Assembly (NCBI GenBank): GCA_025056355.1
Contig: JANWWI010000004.1
Coordinates: 24,300 to 88,299, forward strand
Direction: 5' to 3'
DNA length: 64,000 nt
DNA from: Casimicrobiaceae bacterium
GTDB lineage: Bacteria; Pseudomonadota; Gammaproteobacteria; Burkholderiales; Casimicrobiaceae
Positions 28,257 to 36,515 of this stretch are shown in pieces (position 1 is the first letter of the stretch; each line of letters opens with the position of its first letter). Below the pieces are notes generated by a model. The model was not told the origin of the DNA and made no database searches. It saw only the letters and a program-made list of their open reading frames with translations. A program made the position numbers and the translations under genes.

Positions 28257-29198
28257 TCAGTGTGTGCGCGCGCCCATCGCCCGCGCGAGCGTGGCCAGCC
28301 GCTGCGCTCGCGGGCGTGTGGCCACAAGCGGTTCGAGGGCCTCAAGACACTGCTCGGTGAGCCGAGCCGCGTAGGCGCGTGCTTCCTCAACCCCGAGCAG
28401 CGACACGAAGGTCGGTTTGTCGTCCTTGGCGTCCTTGCCCGCGGTTTTACCGAGCGTGGCTGTGTCTGCGGTGGCATCGAGCACATCGTCGATCACCTGG
28501 AAGGCCAATCCGAGCGGCCGAGCAAACGCGCGCAGCGTCTCGAGGGTGGAACCCTCGACTTCGCATGCAAGCGCGGGCAAGACCACCGCCGCCTCAAAAA
28601 TCGCCCCGGTCTTGAGCCGATGCATCGCTTCGAGCGCCTCAAGCGTGAGCGACTGCCCCACGCAGGCCAAGTCGATGGCCTGCCCGCCTGCCATCCCCAA
28701 GGCGCCCGAGGCCCGCGCCAGTTCGGCAATCGCCGCCACCCGCCCTTCGGCGCGCGCAGGCATTTCAGCAAGCACGGCAAAAGCGAGCGGCTGCATCGCA
28801 TCGCCCGCAAGCATGGCCGTGGCCTCGCCGAACACGATATGAGCCGTGGGCTTGCCGCGGCGCAGCGCGTCGTTATCCATGCACGGCAAATCGTCGTGGA
28901 TGAGCGAGTAGGCGTGGATGAGCTCCACGGCCACCGCCGCATGATCGGCCAACTCGATGGCGCAATCGACCGCCTCGGCGCTCGCATAGGCCAGAAGGGC
29001 GCGCAGGCGCTTGCCGCCGCCAAGCGCCCCATAGCGCATCGCCTCGAGGAGGCGTCCAGCAGGAAGCTCGCCTGTGGGCAGATGCTGGGCCAGTGCCTGC
29101 TCGACCCGCGCCCGATGCGTTTCGCACCAGCGACGGAAAGTAAGGCCGTCAGCAACGGCAGGCCTCAAACGCGCGGGATCGGCAAGAAAGGAAGACAA
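28257..29198 (-). CDS. ispA: Farnesyl/geranyl diphosphate synthase
   Basis: 'GGKRLR', '[14 protein letters not shown]', 'RRGKPT', '[10 protein letters not shown]', 'GKTAGKD'. Confidence 0.93.
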   Translation of the reverse strand: MSSFLADPARLRPAVADGLTFRRWCETHRARVEQALAQHLPTGELPAGRLLEAMRYGALGGGKRLRALLAYASAEAVDCAIELADHAAVAVELIHAYSLIHDDLPCMDNDALRRGKPTAHIVFGEATAMLAGDAMQPLAFAVLAEMPARAEGRVAAIAELARASGALGMAGGQAIDLACVGQSLTLEALEAMHRLKTGAIFEAAVVLPALACEVEGSTLETLRAFARPLGLAFQVIDDVLDATADTATLGKTAGKDAKDDKPTFVSLLGVEEARAYAARLTEQCLEALEPLVATRPRAQRLATLARAMGARTH

Positions 29199-30227
29199 GC
29201 AACCACCTCGCGCCGACCGTCAGGCGCAAGGACAAAGTAAAACCGCCTGGATTGTACGGAGGCGGCCTGTATGGGCCTAGCTTCGGCGCAGCTAAGTTGC
29301 ATTGCGCTGCAAAGGGCCATCGAAGCCGCCCAAAAAACGTGAAGAACGTCGCGCGCTCGAACGACTCAGGGGCAAGCCGGAGGACTTGAGCCGAATGCTT
29401 TCTGAGAAGCGCCGAGCCGTGTGGCCGGGCGGCTCCCAACCGACGCGGCGCCAAGCCTTCAAGGTTCGATGAAGAGATTCAAGCTTGCGGCCAATGTGAG
29501 CGATCATCTGATGAAAGCCCGTGCGCTTGCGGCGTCGATGACTCTCGCGCACGTCTCGATCGCGTCTCCGTGTCACTGACACCGCCGAGGATTGCAGCCG
29601 CCGTAACGCCGGCCACGCCCAACCCGATGCCGAACAACGAGGCGGCCGCGGATCGCATCCAAGGCCCAGGGGCAAAGCTCTACTCAAGGACGCAGAAGCG
29701 CGAAAAGGCTCCGAGCCACGCCAGGCATGCGTTGCCAAAAGGCCCTGAGAGTGGGAGCCGGGCGTTGGGGACGATTCAGGTTCTGCCTGCCGCCGCGGCT
29801 CCACAAAACGTTGCGCCGCCGCCACTGGGCTGCAAACCGCCCCAGTGGGGGCCGCCCGTGCCTCCGGGGACGACCCACCTCAACCCGGCACCAGTTGTTC
29901 CTTCGTGCTGATTGGGTCAAGAGCCCTCAATCGTGATTGAGCAACCCGTTGAGCGGTGCCGGGCCAGCCCGCGCACCGCTTCTTTTTTGGCCTCGCTTGA
30001 GATGCAACGGATGCAATCCCGCGCGGCGTGAGCATCCCCGCCAACCCGGGGGCAAGAAGAACCACAAGCAGCCGCTTGTTGTGCATAGTGAAGAAAAGGA
30101 CTTGCCTGCACGACTCAGCTCACGGCGAGCCCTACGGAATTTCAACGTCCTCCGCTTCGGGGGGCTCGGGAAATCAAGGATCCTGGGGCGCGCGAATCGT
30201 CCATCTGGTCACCAAAGGAGATGAGCC

Positions 30228-30974
30228 ATGACATTCAAAATCTTGCCCAAAGCCTTAGCCGCAGTGTTGACGACCGCCGCGATGGCAACGTTCTTGCCAA
30301 CCGGCGAACCGCTCGCACAAACCTCCGATGCAAGCGCAAAGCTACGATCGCCCGCGAAGCTGGTCCCCGATGAGGTCGAAAACCCGCCGCAACCGGTCAT
30401 GCGCGCAGTTGCACCGGACGATGTGGCGATTGGGGAGCCGGAGAATGAAGACGTGGGGGATCACAGTCGCGCCAGAAGCGTGCCGTGTCCGGATCCGGTA
30501 GCCCTCAATTTGGTCGGCGCAGCACCGAGCAATACCAGCCCCTTTGCTGCGGACTTTCCGCCGCAGCCGGCTGCGCAATGGATTGAGCCCAAGTTCGGTG
30601 GGAATACGGCCGATCGCCATGTGCGGCACAGCTTTCAGTTTCAACAGTTCTGCGCGGCGCAGAAGTGCTGTCAAGTAACCCGCGGGGTGCTGCGTGTTCG
30701 GGTGAAAGCGCTGCAGGGCGGCTCGTCGAACCAAAGCCCGGATGCTGGCAACGATTCGATCTCGATCTGGAAGAACGGCACGGTAGTGCACTGGCAGTAC
30801 CTGCATTCGAGCTTCCCGGTGACGCCAGGCACAGTCAAGACGATCAACATCCCGATTCGGCCCTCGTGGCTCGATGGCTGCCGTTTGAGCTTCCAGGTGC
30901 AAGACGACCACTCGGTTGAGGAGGCACGCCTGATCCTGCGCGGCTGTTGCGTGACACCGAACGTAAAGCGCTGA
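30228..30974 (+). CDS. Secreted Cys-rich hypothetical protein
   Basis: AAGGAG Shine-Dalgarno, signal peptide, acidic Pro-rich linker, beta-rich C-terminal domain with 7 Cys including two CC pairs. Confidence 0.75.
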   Translation: MTFKILPKALAAVLTTAAMATFLPTGEPLAQTSDASAKLRSPAKLVPDEVENPPQPVMRAVAPDDVAIGEPENEDVGDHSRARSVPCPDPVALNLVGAAPSNTSPFAADFPPQPAAQWIEPKFGGNTADRHVRHSFQFQQFCAAQKCCQVTRGVLRVRVKALQGGSSNQSPDAGNDSISIWKNGTVVHWQYLHSSFPVTPGTVKTINIPIRPSWLDGCRLSFQVQDDHSVEEARLILRGCCVTPNVKR

Positions 30975-31042
30975 GCACGCTGAAGTCCCTCCATGCGCCC
31001 GGCACGAAGGTGCCCGGCGCATGGCTTTCGGAGGAAGTTGCT

Positions 31043-31855
31043 ATGTCTCATGCTCCCACACGTCCTGTTCTCAAGCGGCTGCGTTTTCGCGTTGCAGCTG
31101 CGGGGGCGCTTGCCGGGATGTTGCTCTCGGCTTGTGCAACCGGCCCGATGCTCGGCGCGGATGATCCGATGATTCGCGGCGCCGTGGCCGGTTCCGTGCC
31201 GGCCGAGGCGGGCGAGCTTGTGCCGCGTTGTGAGGCGCCCCTCGGAACCCTTGCGCTGGCCGAGACCAATGAACCGCACCTGCCGCTGCTTCGGGTGCTC
31301 ATTCAGCAATCGAACTGCTTCGTGGTGCTCGAGCGCGGCCGCGGATTTGCCACCCTCGATACCGAGCGGCAACTGCGCCAAGGAGGCCTCACCCGCGGAT
31401 CCAATGCCTCGAGCGAGCCTACGCTCCTCGCCTCCGACTACACCCTGGTGGTGACCGTGAATTTCGCCGAACCCTCTGGCTTTGCGCTGACCACCGGCTT
31501 GGGTGGCTTGTTGGGACGCAGTTCCAACAAACTCGACACCTCGCTTCAGGTTGGCAGCCACGGGGCCTCAGCAAGTTTGCTTTTGCTTGAAAACACAAGC
31601 GGTGCGCAGATCGCCGCCGCGCAGGGCAGCGCCAAAAACGTCACGCTCGGAGCGGGCATCGGCTTGCTCGGCGGCCTTGCCGCAGGGGTCAATGCCTACA
31701 TGCAGACGCCGCAAGGCAAACTGGTTGCAGGCGCCTTGCTGGATGCCTACCGCCGCTTGATCGCTGCGGCTCAAAACTACACGGCTCAACGCGCTCCCGA
31801 GCATTTGGGTCGCGGCGGCCGATTGCGCGGCCCGCAGGCGCCGGAGCCAAAGTAA
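31043..31855 (+). CDS. CsgG/HfaB-like lipoprotein
   Basis: GGAGG Shine-Dalgarno, lipobox 'LSAC', 'CEAPLGTL', 'LIQQSNCFVVLERG'. Confidence 0.75.
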   Translation: MSHAPTRPVLKRLRFRVAAAGALAGMLLSACATGPMLGADDPMIRGAVAGSVPAEAGELVPRCEAPLGTLALAETNEPHLPLLRVLIQQSNCFVVLERGRGFATLDTERQLRQGGLTRGSNASSEPTLLASDYTLVVTVNFAEPSGFALTTGLGGLLGRSSNKLDTSLQVGSHGASASLLLLENTSGAQIAAAQGSAKNVTLGAGIGLLGGLAAGVNAYMQTPQGKLVAGALLDAYRRLIAAAQNYTAQRAPEHLGRGGRLRGPQAPEPK

Positions 31856-31929
31856 GGGCTTGGCCGGGCCGCTCGGCCCGGGGGAGAGGTTTTCTTGCGA
31901 GCGGCAGTGCTTGGGCGCCTTCGGCGCAG

Positions 31930-33171
31930 CTACCAGCGCAGGCCGCCGCAGCCGAAGATCGGATCGCGCCCCGGCGGCCCGAGATCCCGAGCGCGTGCGC
32001 AGAGCGCATCCAGGCTCGCGGGCTCACCGGCCGCGCGCGCCCAGGCGAGCCGGGCCGCCACAAACGGCGCGGCGTAGGAGGTGCCGCTCACATAACGCCC
32101 GCCCCCGATCGGCAGCCACAACTCGACGCCCGGTGCGGCCAGGGCAATGTAGGAGCCACGGTTGCCGCGCTCGTAGGGACGGTCTTCCGCATCATGCGCC
32201 GCCACCGCAATCACGCCCGGATAGGCTGCAGGGTAGACCGGCGCTGCTTCCGGCCCCGAGTTTCCGGCGGCTGCCACAAGCGTGATTCCCCGCGCGAGGG
32301 CGCGTTCAACCACGGCGCGTTGAACCCGGTCGCCGGGCCCGCCAAGGCTCAGGTTCGCAACCATCACCCGGCGCGTGAGCAAGCGATCGAGCGCCCGCGC
32401 AAGCCCTACGGTGGTGCCGCGCAAGCGCCCATCCGGCCACGGCTCAAGAATGGCCACGAGCGAGAGATCGGCATCGGGTAAGAGGCCACGAAAGCCGCTT
32501 GCCCGGTCGCCCCGGCAGGCCAGCAGGCACAACACGGCATCGCCGTGCTCATGCCCGGGCGAGGCGCCGTCCAAGCGCTCAACGCTCAGCTGCGCATCGA
32601 GGGGTAGCGGCTGGGTCGGGGCGGCATCGATGATGCCGAGCTGCGGCTTGAGGCCGCGGAGCGGTTCAGGCCAGCTAAGCGCACGAAGCGCATAAAGCCG
32701 CCCGGGCGTTGCCTGCGGTCGAAGCGCGGCAATGCGATCGACGATGGCCCCCGGCCGCAGGCGCTCCAGAGCCTCGATGGCCTCCTCCTCGCCGCCCGGC
32801 GGGGTCTCGAACTCGATGAGCAGCAAGCCCAAGGCATCAAGCGCGTAGCGGGCGCGTTCGCGGGCGAGCCCCGCCGGCAACAACGTCGGGATGTCCTGCG
32901 ACCCCCCGGTTACCTCGACCAGCATCGCCACCCGTCCGGGCCAGTACTCGGCTTCGACCGCTGGCTGGGGGGCCAGGCCCGAGGCAAGCCGCCGAAACAG
33001 GCTCCCCAGGTCGATCGTGATTCCGACGCCGCCCGTGATTGCGCCGCCGCCCCGCGGCTCGGCCGGCGGACGGGCCGGCGTGCCCTGGGCGAGCGCCGTG
33101 CCGCAAAGAAGGGCGGCCAGAACGGCTGCGCTTACTCCCGTGCAGGCCCGTGCGCGAATGCCCCGCTTCAT
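31930..33171 (-). CDS. Secreted S8 (subtilisin-family) serine peptidase
   Basis: Triad motifs 'GIIDA', 'HGDAV', 'GTSYAAP'; oxyanion 'AAAGNSG'; 'YPAAYPGVIAV'. Confidence 0.92.
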   Translation of the reverse strand: MKRGIRARACTGVSAAVLAALLCGTALAQGTPARPPAEPRGGGAITGGVGITIDLGSLFRRLASGLAPQPAVEAEYWPGRVAMLVEVTGGSQDIPTLLPAGLARERARYALDALGLLLIEFETPPGGEEEAIEALERLRPGAIVDRIAALRPQATPGRLYALRALSWPEPLRGLKPQLGIIDAAPTQPLPLDAQLSVERLDGASPGHEHGDAVLCLLACRGDRASGFRGLLPDADLSLVAILEPWPDGRLRGTTVGLARALDRLLTRRVMVANLSLGGPGDRVQRAVVERALARGITLVAAAGNSGPEAAPVYPAAYPGVIAVAAHDAEDRPYERGNRGSYIALAAPGVELWLPIGGGRYVSGTSYAAPFVAARLAWARAAGEPASLDALCARARDLGPPGRDPIFGCGGLRW

Positions 33172-33707
33172 GGCTCGGTGGCAACAGCTTCCACAAGTGG
33201 CGAGGCGCGCAGCCGGGCAAGCGCTTCGTCGCGCCGCGCAGCCGGTACCGCCACCCGCCAAAGCGCAAGCGCGCTCGGGCCGCCAATCACCTCGCCCTCA
33301 AGCTCGCGGACGAGCCGCCCGACTTCGGCAAGCCCTACCCCAGGGCGAAAAGCCACCGTGAGGACGCTTCGTTCGGCGCTCTGCACAACCTCGGGGCGAC
33401 CCCCGAGGGCTTCCAGGCCGGACTGCTCAGAAGGCTGCCAAAGCCCACGAGGCAGAAGCCCGACTACCACGAGGGCCGCAGCCGCCCCAAGGGCAAAGCT
33501 CCCGAACCAGGCCCAAAACCCCGCGTGGGGTTTTTTGTTCCGTCCCAAAGCCAGTGCCTGCTGCCACTCGCGCTCGGCACGGATTCGCGCGGCGATTCGC
33601 TGCCACGAGCGCTCGGTGTCAAGCGGCGGCCGTGCGCTACGCAAAAGCTCACCAGCACGGGCCAGGCCTTCGGCTTCGGAGCGGTGGGGATCCTCGGGGA
33701 TGCTCAT
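33168..33707 (-). CDS. Putative anti-sigma factor (single TM, no zinc-finger motif)
   Basis: 'SWQRIAARI' cytoplasmic helix, TM 'FALGAAAALVVVGLL', small periplasmic domain 'VAFRPG...GGPSAL.LWRV'; between ECF sigma and S8. Confidence 0.75.
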   Translation of the reverse strand: MSIPEDPHRSEAEGLARAGELLRSARPPLDTERSWQRIAARIRAEREWQQALALGRNKKPHAGFWAWFGSFALGAAAALVVVGLLPRGLWQPSEQSGLEALGGRPEVVQSAERSVLTVAFRPGVGLAEVGRLVRELEGEVIGGPSALALWRVAVPAARRDEALARLRASPLVEAVATEP

Positions 33708-33738
33708 GCCTCTGGGTCGCTGCTCCAAGTTCAATTCT

Positions 33739-34299
33739 TCATCGGTCGACGCCGCTTCGCTCGAGGCACTCACGCAAGCGCCGCTTGGCGTGGTGGACCC
33801 GAGTGGCCGCGGTGTTTTCAGGAATGGAGAGCAGTTCGGCCAACTCGCGAAGCTTGAGCCCGTCGACCACATGCAGCCAGAAGGCCTCCCGGAGCGGCTC
33901 GGAAAGGGCATCGACGCAGTCGGAGAGCCGCTCCGCGCTCTGCTGCGCAAGCAAACGTTCAAACGGCGTGGCGGCGGGGTCTGGAACCTCCTCTGCGCTT
34001 TCTTCCTCGACTGGCTCGGGCAGACGTCCACGGGCGCGCAACTGATCGAGCGCCTTGTGCCGGGCGATGCCGAAAATCCAAGTGCGCACACTGGAGCGGC
34101 TTTGAAACGAGCCCGCCAGGCGCCATACATCGAAAAAGGTCTCCACCACCACATCCTCGGCTGCGCCACGATCGTCGAGCAGCCGATCGACAAAGCGAAA
34201 GAGTGCCGCCGCGTGACGGTCATGCAATTGTTTGAGCGCACTTTCGTCGCCTTGCGCGACCGCGGCGAGGAGCGCCTGATCCGAAATCGGCTCGCTCAT
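33739..34299 (-). CDS. ECF RNA polymerase sigma factor
   Basis: Region 2 'AEDVVVETFFDVWR..GSF...SSVRTWIFGIARH'; region 4 'ELAELLSIPENTAATRVHHAK'. Confidence 0.92.
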   Translation of the reverse strand: MSEPISDQALLAAVAQGDESALKQLHDRHAAALFRFVDRLLDDRGAAEDVVVETFFDVWRLAGSFQSRSSVRTWIFGIARHKALDQLRARGRLPEPVEEESAEEVPDPAATPFERLLAQQSAERLSDCVDALSEPLREAFWLHVVDGLKLRELAELLSIPENTAATRVHHAKRRLRECLERSGVDR

Positions 34300-34559
34300 G
34301 CGCGACCGTCAGCCTCACTGCGGTTGGGCGGCTCGTCGATGGGTTTGAGCACCTCGCCTTCCAGGACACGCACGGCTTGTTCGACTTGAGCGAGTTCAGC
34401 TTGGGCGTAACGGATCAGCTCGGCGCCGCGCCGGTAAGCGGCCAGCGATTCCGCAAGCGGCAGTTCCCCCCGCTCAAGCTGTCCCACGAGGGATTCCAGC
34501 TCGGCCAGCGCGGCCTCGAAGCTGGCTGGCGGGTCGATTTGCGCGGGTGGGGGGGCCAT
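34296..34559 (-). CDS. xseB: Exodeoxyribonuclease VII small subunit
   Basis: 'SFEAALAELE..V..LE.GELPL..SL..Y.RG'. Confidence 0.93.
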   Translation of the reverse strand: MAPPPAQIDPPASFEAALAELESLVGQLERGELPLAESLAAYRRGAELIRYAQAELAQVEQAVRVLEGEVLKPIDEPPNRSEADGRA

Positions 34560-34956
34560 GATCGTCGAGCGGCTTGTGATCGAGTTGCCGGGATTGTAGG
34601 CAGCCGTCGTGGGATCGTGTTGCAAGCGTCCAAGCCGAGGCGCTGCGGGCACAAAGCGGGTGGTTGGCGACAACAGAGCCGTCTCGGTGAGCGCACGCTT
34701 GCCTTGCCGAGGCGGCAAAGCGCGATCGGTCATCTCAAGACCGGCGTGATCCGATTCATGCGCAGGAAGTGTTGGTGGGCGCGGCAGCTCGTGTTTCGAT
34801 CGATGGGATAATTCGATGCTTGACGAAACGAGCTTCCGCCCGTAGCGCTCGGGTTGGGATCGAAGCCCGCGGCTTCGAGTCCTAACCGGGGCAACGGCTA
34901 CGCGGTGCTGAGGTTGGTGAGCGACGGGTGGGTGCAGCCCGTGCGCGAAGGGCATC

Positions 34957-34980
34957 CTTGCACCGCCACTTGCACCGCCA
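34957..34980. repeat. Exact 12-bp tandem duplication CTTGCACCGCCA x2
   Basis: Read directly, in the xseB/Rieske divergent intergenic region. Confidence 0.8.
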
Positions 34981-35050
34981 CAGTATTGGGTTCAATCGGC
35001 GTTCGTTTAGCCCACGCGCCGTCTTTGCCTTTCCGGGAAAGGGTTTGACG

Positions 35051-36178
35051 ATGTCACGCCTCCTTTCGGCTGCCGAACTTGCTGTGCCGACGTCGCAACT
35101 ACCGCCCTCGGTGTATTTCGATGCCGCGCTCTTTGAGCGCGAGCGCGAGCTCTTGTTTGCACGTGGGCCGGGCTATGTCGGGCACGAGCGGATGGTGCCT
35201 GAAGTCGGCGACTACTTCGTGCTGGATGCACGCAACGAGGCGCAGATGCTCACCCGCACCGAGCGCGGGGTCCATCTGATTTCCAACCTCTGCCGCCACC
35301 GGCAGGCCGTCATGCTCAAGGGCCGCGGCTCGCTCAACTCGACCGGTGGCACGATCGTCTGTCCGCTGCACCGCTGGACCTACTCGGCCGAGGGCGAACT
35401 CCTCGGGGCGCCGCATTTTCCGTGCAATCCGTCGCTTTCGCTGGAAAACCGCCCGCTCAAGCGCTGGAACGGCCTGCTCTTCGACGGGCCGCGCGATCCG
35501 GTGGTCGATCTGGCTGCACTATCGGAGCAGACGCGCGGCGCGCTCGATTTCTCGGGCTACGTGTTCAACAAAGCGATCGTTCACCCCTGCGCGTACAACT
35601 GGAAGACGTTCATCGAGGTCTACCTCGACGACTACCACGTCGCGCCCTTTCACCCGGGCCTTGGGCATTTCGTCACCTGTGACGATCTGCGGTGGGAGTT
35701 CGGGGCTGAGTTCTCGGTGCAAACCGTGGGGGTGCACCGCGCTCTTGCCGAGCCCGGCACGCCGGTCTACCGTCGCTGGCACGAGCAAGTGTTGCGGTTC
35801 CGTCAAGGCGTGCCGCCCGAATACGGTGCGATTTGGTTCACCTACTTCCCGAACCTGATGATCGAGTGGTATCCGCACACGCTGGTCATTTCTTCCGTCT
35901 GGCCCAAAAGCCCGACCGAGACCGTCAACGTGGTCGAGTTTTATTACGCCGAAGAGGTGGCGCTCTTTGAGCCCGAGTTCATCGAGGCCGAGCAGGCGGC
36001 CTACATGGAAACGGCTGCTGAGGACGATGAAATCGCCATTCGCATGGATGCCGGGCGCCGTGCGCTTCTCGAGCAGGGTCGGGTCGAAGTAGGTCCGTAC
36101 CAGAGCCCGATGGAAGATGGCATGCAGCACTTCCATGAGTGGTATCGGGCGCGGATGGGACAGGCCTTGACCGTCTGA
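35051..36178 (+). CDS. Rieske non-heme iron oxygenase alpha subunit
   Basis: Rieske 'CRHR...CPLH'; mononuclear Fe 'NWK..E.YLDDYHV..FH'. Confidence 0.92.
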   Translation: MSRLLSAAELAVPTSQLPPSVYFDAALFERERELLFARGPGYVGHERMVPEVGDYFVLDARNEAQMLTRTERGVHLISNLCRHRQAVMLKGRGSLNSTGGTIVCPLHRWTYSAEGELLGAPHFPCNPSLSLENRPLKRWNGLLFDGPRDPVVDLAALSEQTRGALDFSGYVFNKAIVHPCAYNWKTFIEVYLDDYHVAPFHPGLGHFVTCDDLRWEFGAEFSVQTVGVHRALAEPGTPVYRRWHEQVLRFRQGVPPEYGAIWFTYFPNLMIEWYPHTLVISSVWPKSPTETVNVVEFYYAEEVALFEPEFIEAEQAAYMETAAEDDEIAIRMDAGRRALLEQGRVEVGPYQSPMEDGMQHFHEWYRARMGQALTV

Positions 36179-36279
36179 AGCCGTTCCGCGGCTGTCCACC
36201 GGCGGGGCGCCTGAGCGTTATGCTCGCGCGCGGTTGATGAGTCTGCGGTCGATGACCGCTTCGTTGGAGGATTCGTCCG

Positions 36280-36495
36280 ATGCCAAACACCAGGCCAGTC
36301 ACCATCGATGCCGCCACGGGCCAGCCGCTCAAGCAGCAGGCGACGTGGAAGCGCGTCATCATCGTAATCCTCGCTTTTCTCTACATCCTCTCGCCGCTCG
36401 ATCTGCTGCCCGAGGCGATCCCGCTGATCGGCTGGCTCGATGACCTCGGGGTGCTTGCCTGGGCCGCACGGCAGGTGTTTTTCAAGCGGGATTGA
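36280..36495 (+). CDS. YkvA/DUF1232 family small membrane protein
   Basis: 'YILSPLDLLPEAIPLIGWLDD'. Confidence 0.88.
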   Translation: MPNTRPVTIDAATGQPLKQQATWKRVIIVILAFLYILSPLDLLPEAIPLIGWLDDLGVLAWAARQVFFKRD

Positions 36496-36515
36496 GTGAC
36501 TCCCGGGGCGGGCAG

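Noticed and set aside
29292-29920. ORFs of 177, 113 and 78 aa in the ispA upstream gap, and a 58-aa ORF with a hydrophobic stretch
   Set aside because: No RBS, motifs or consistent codon pattern; they overlap each other in different frames. Left unassigned.
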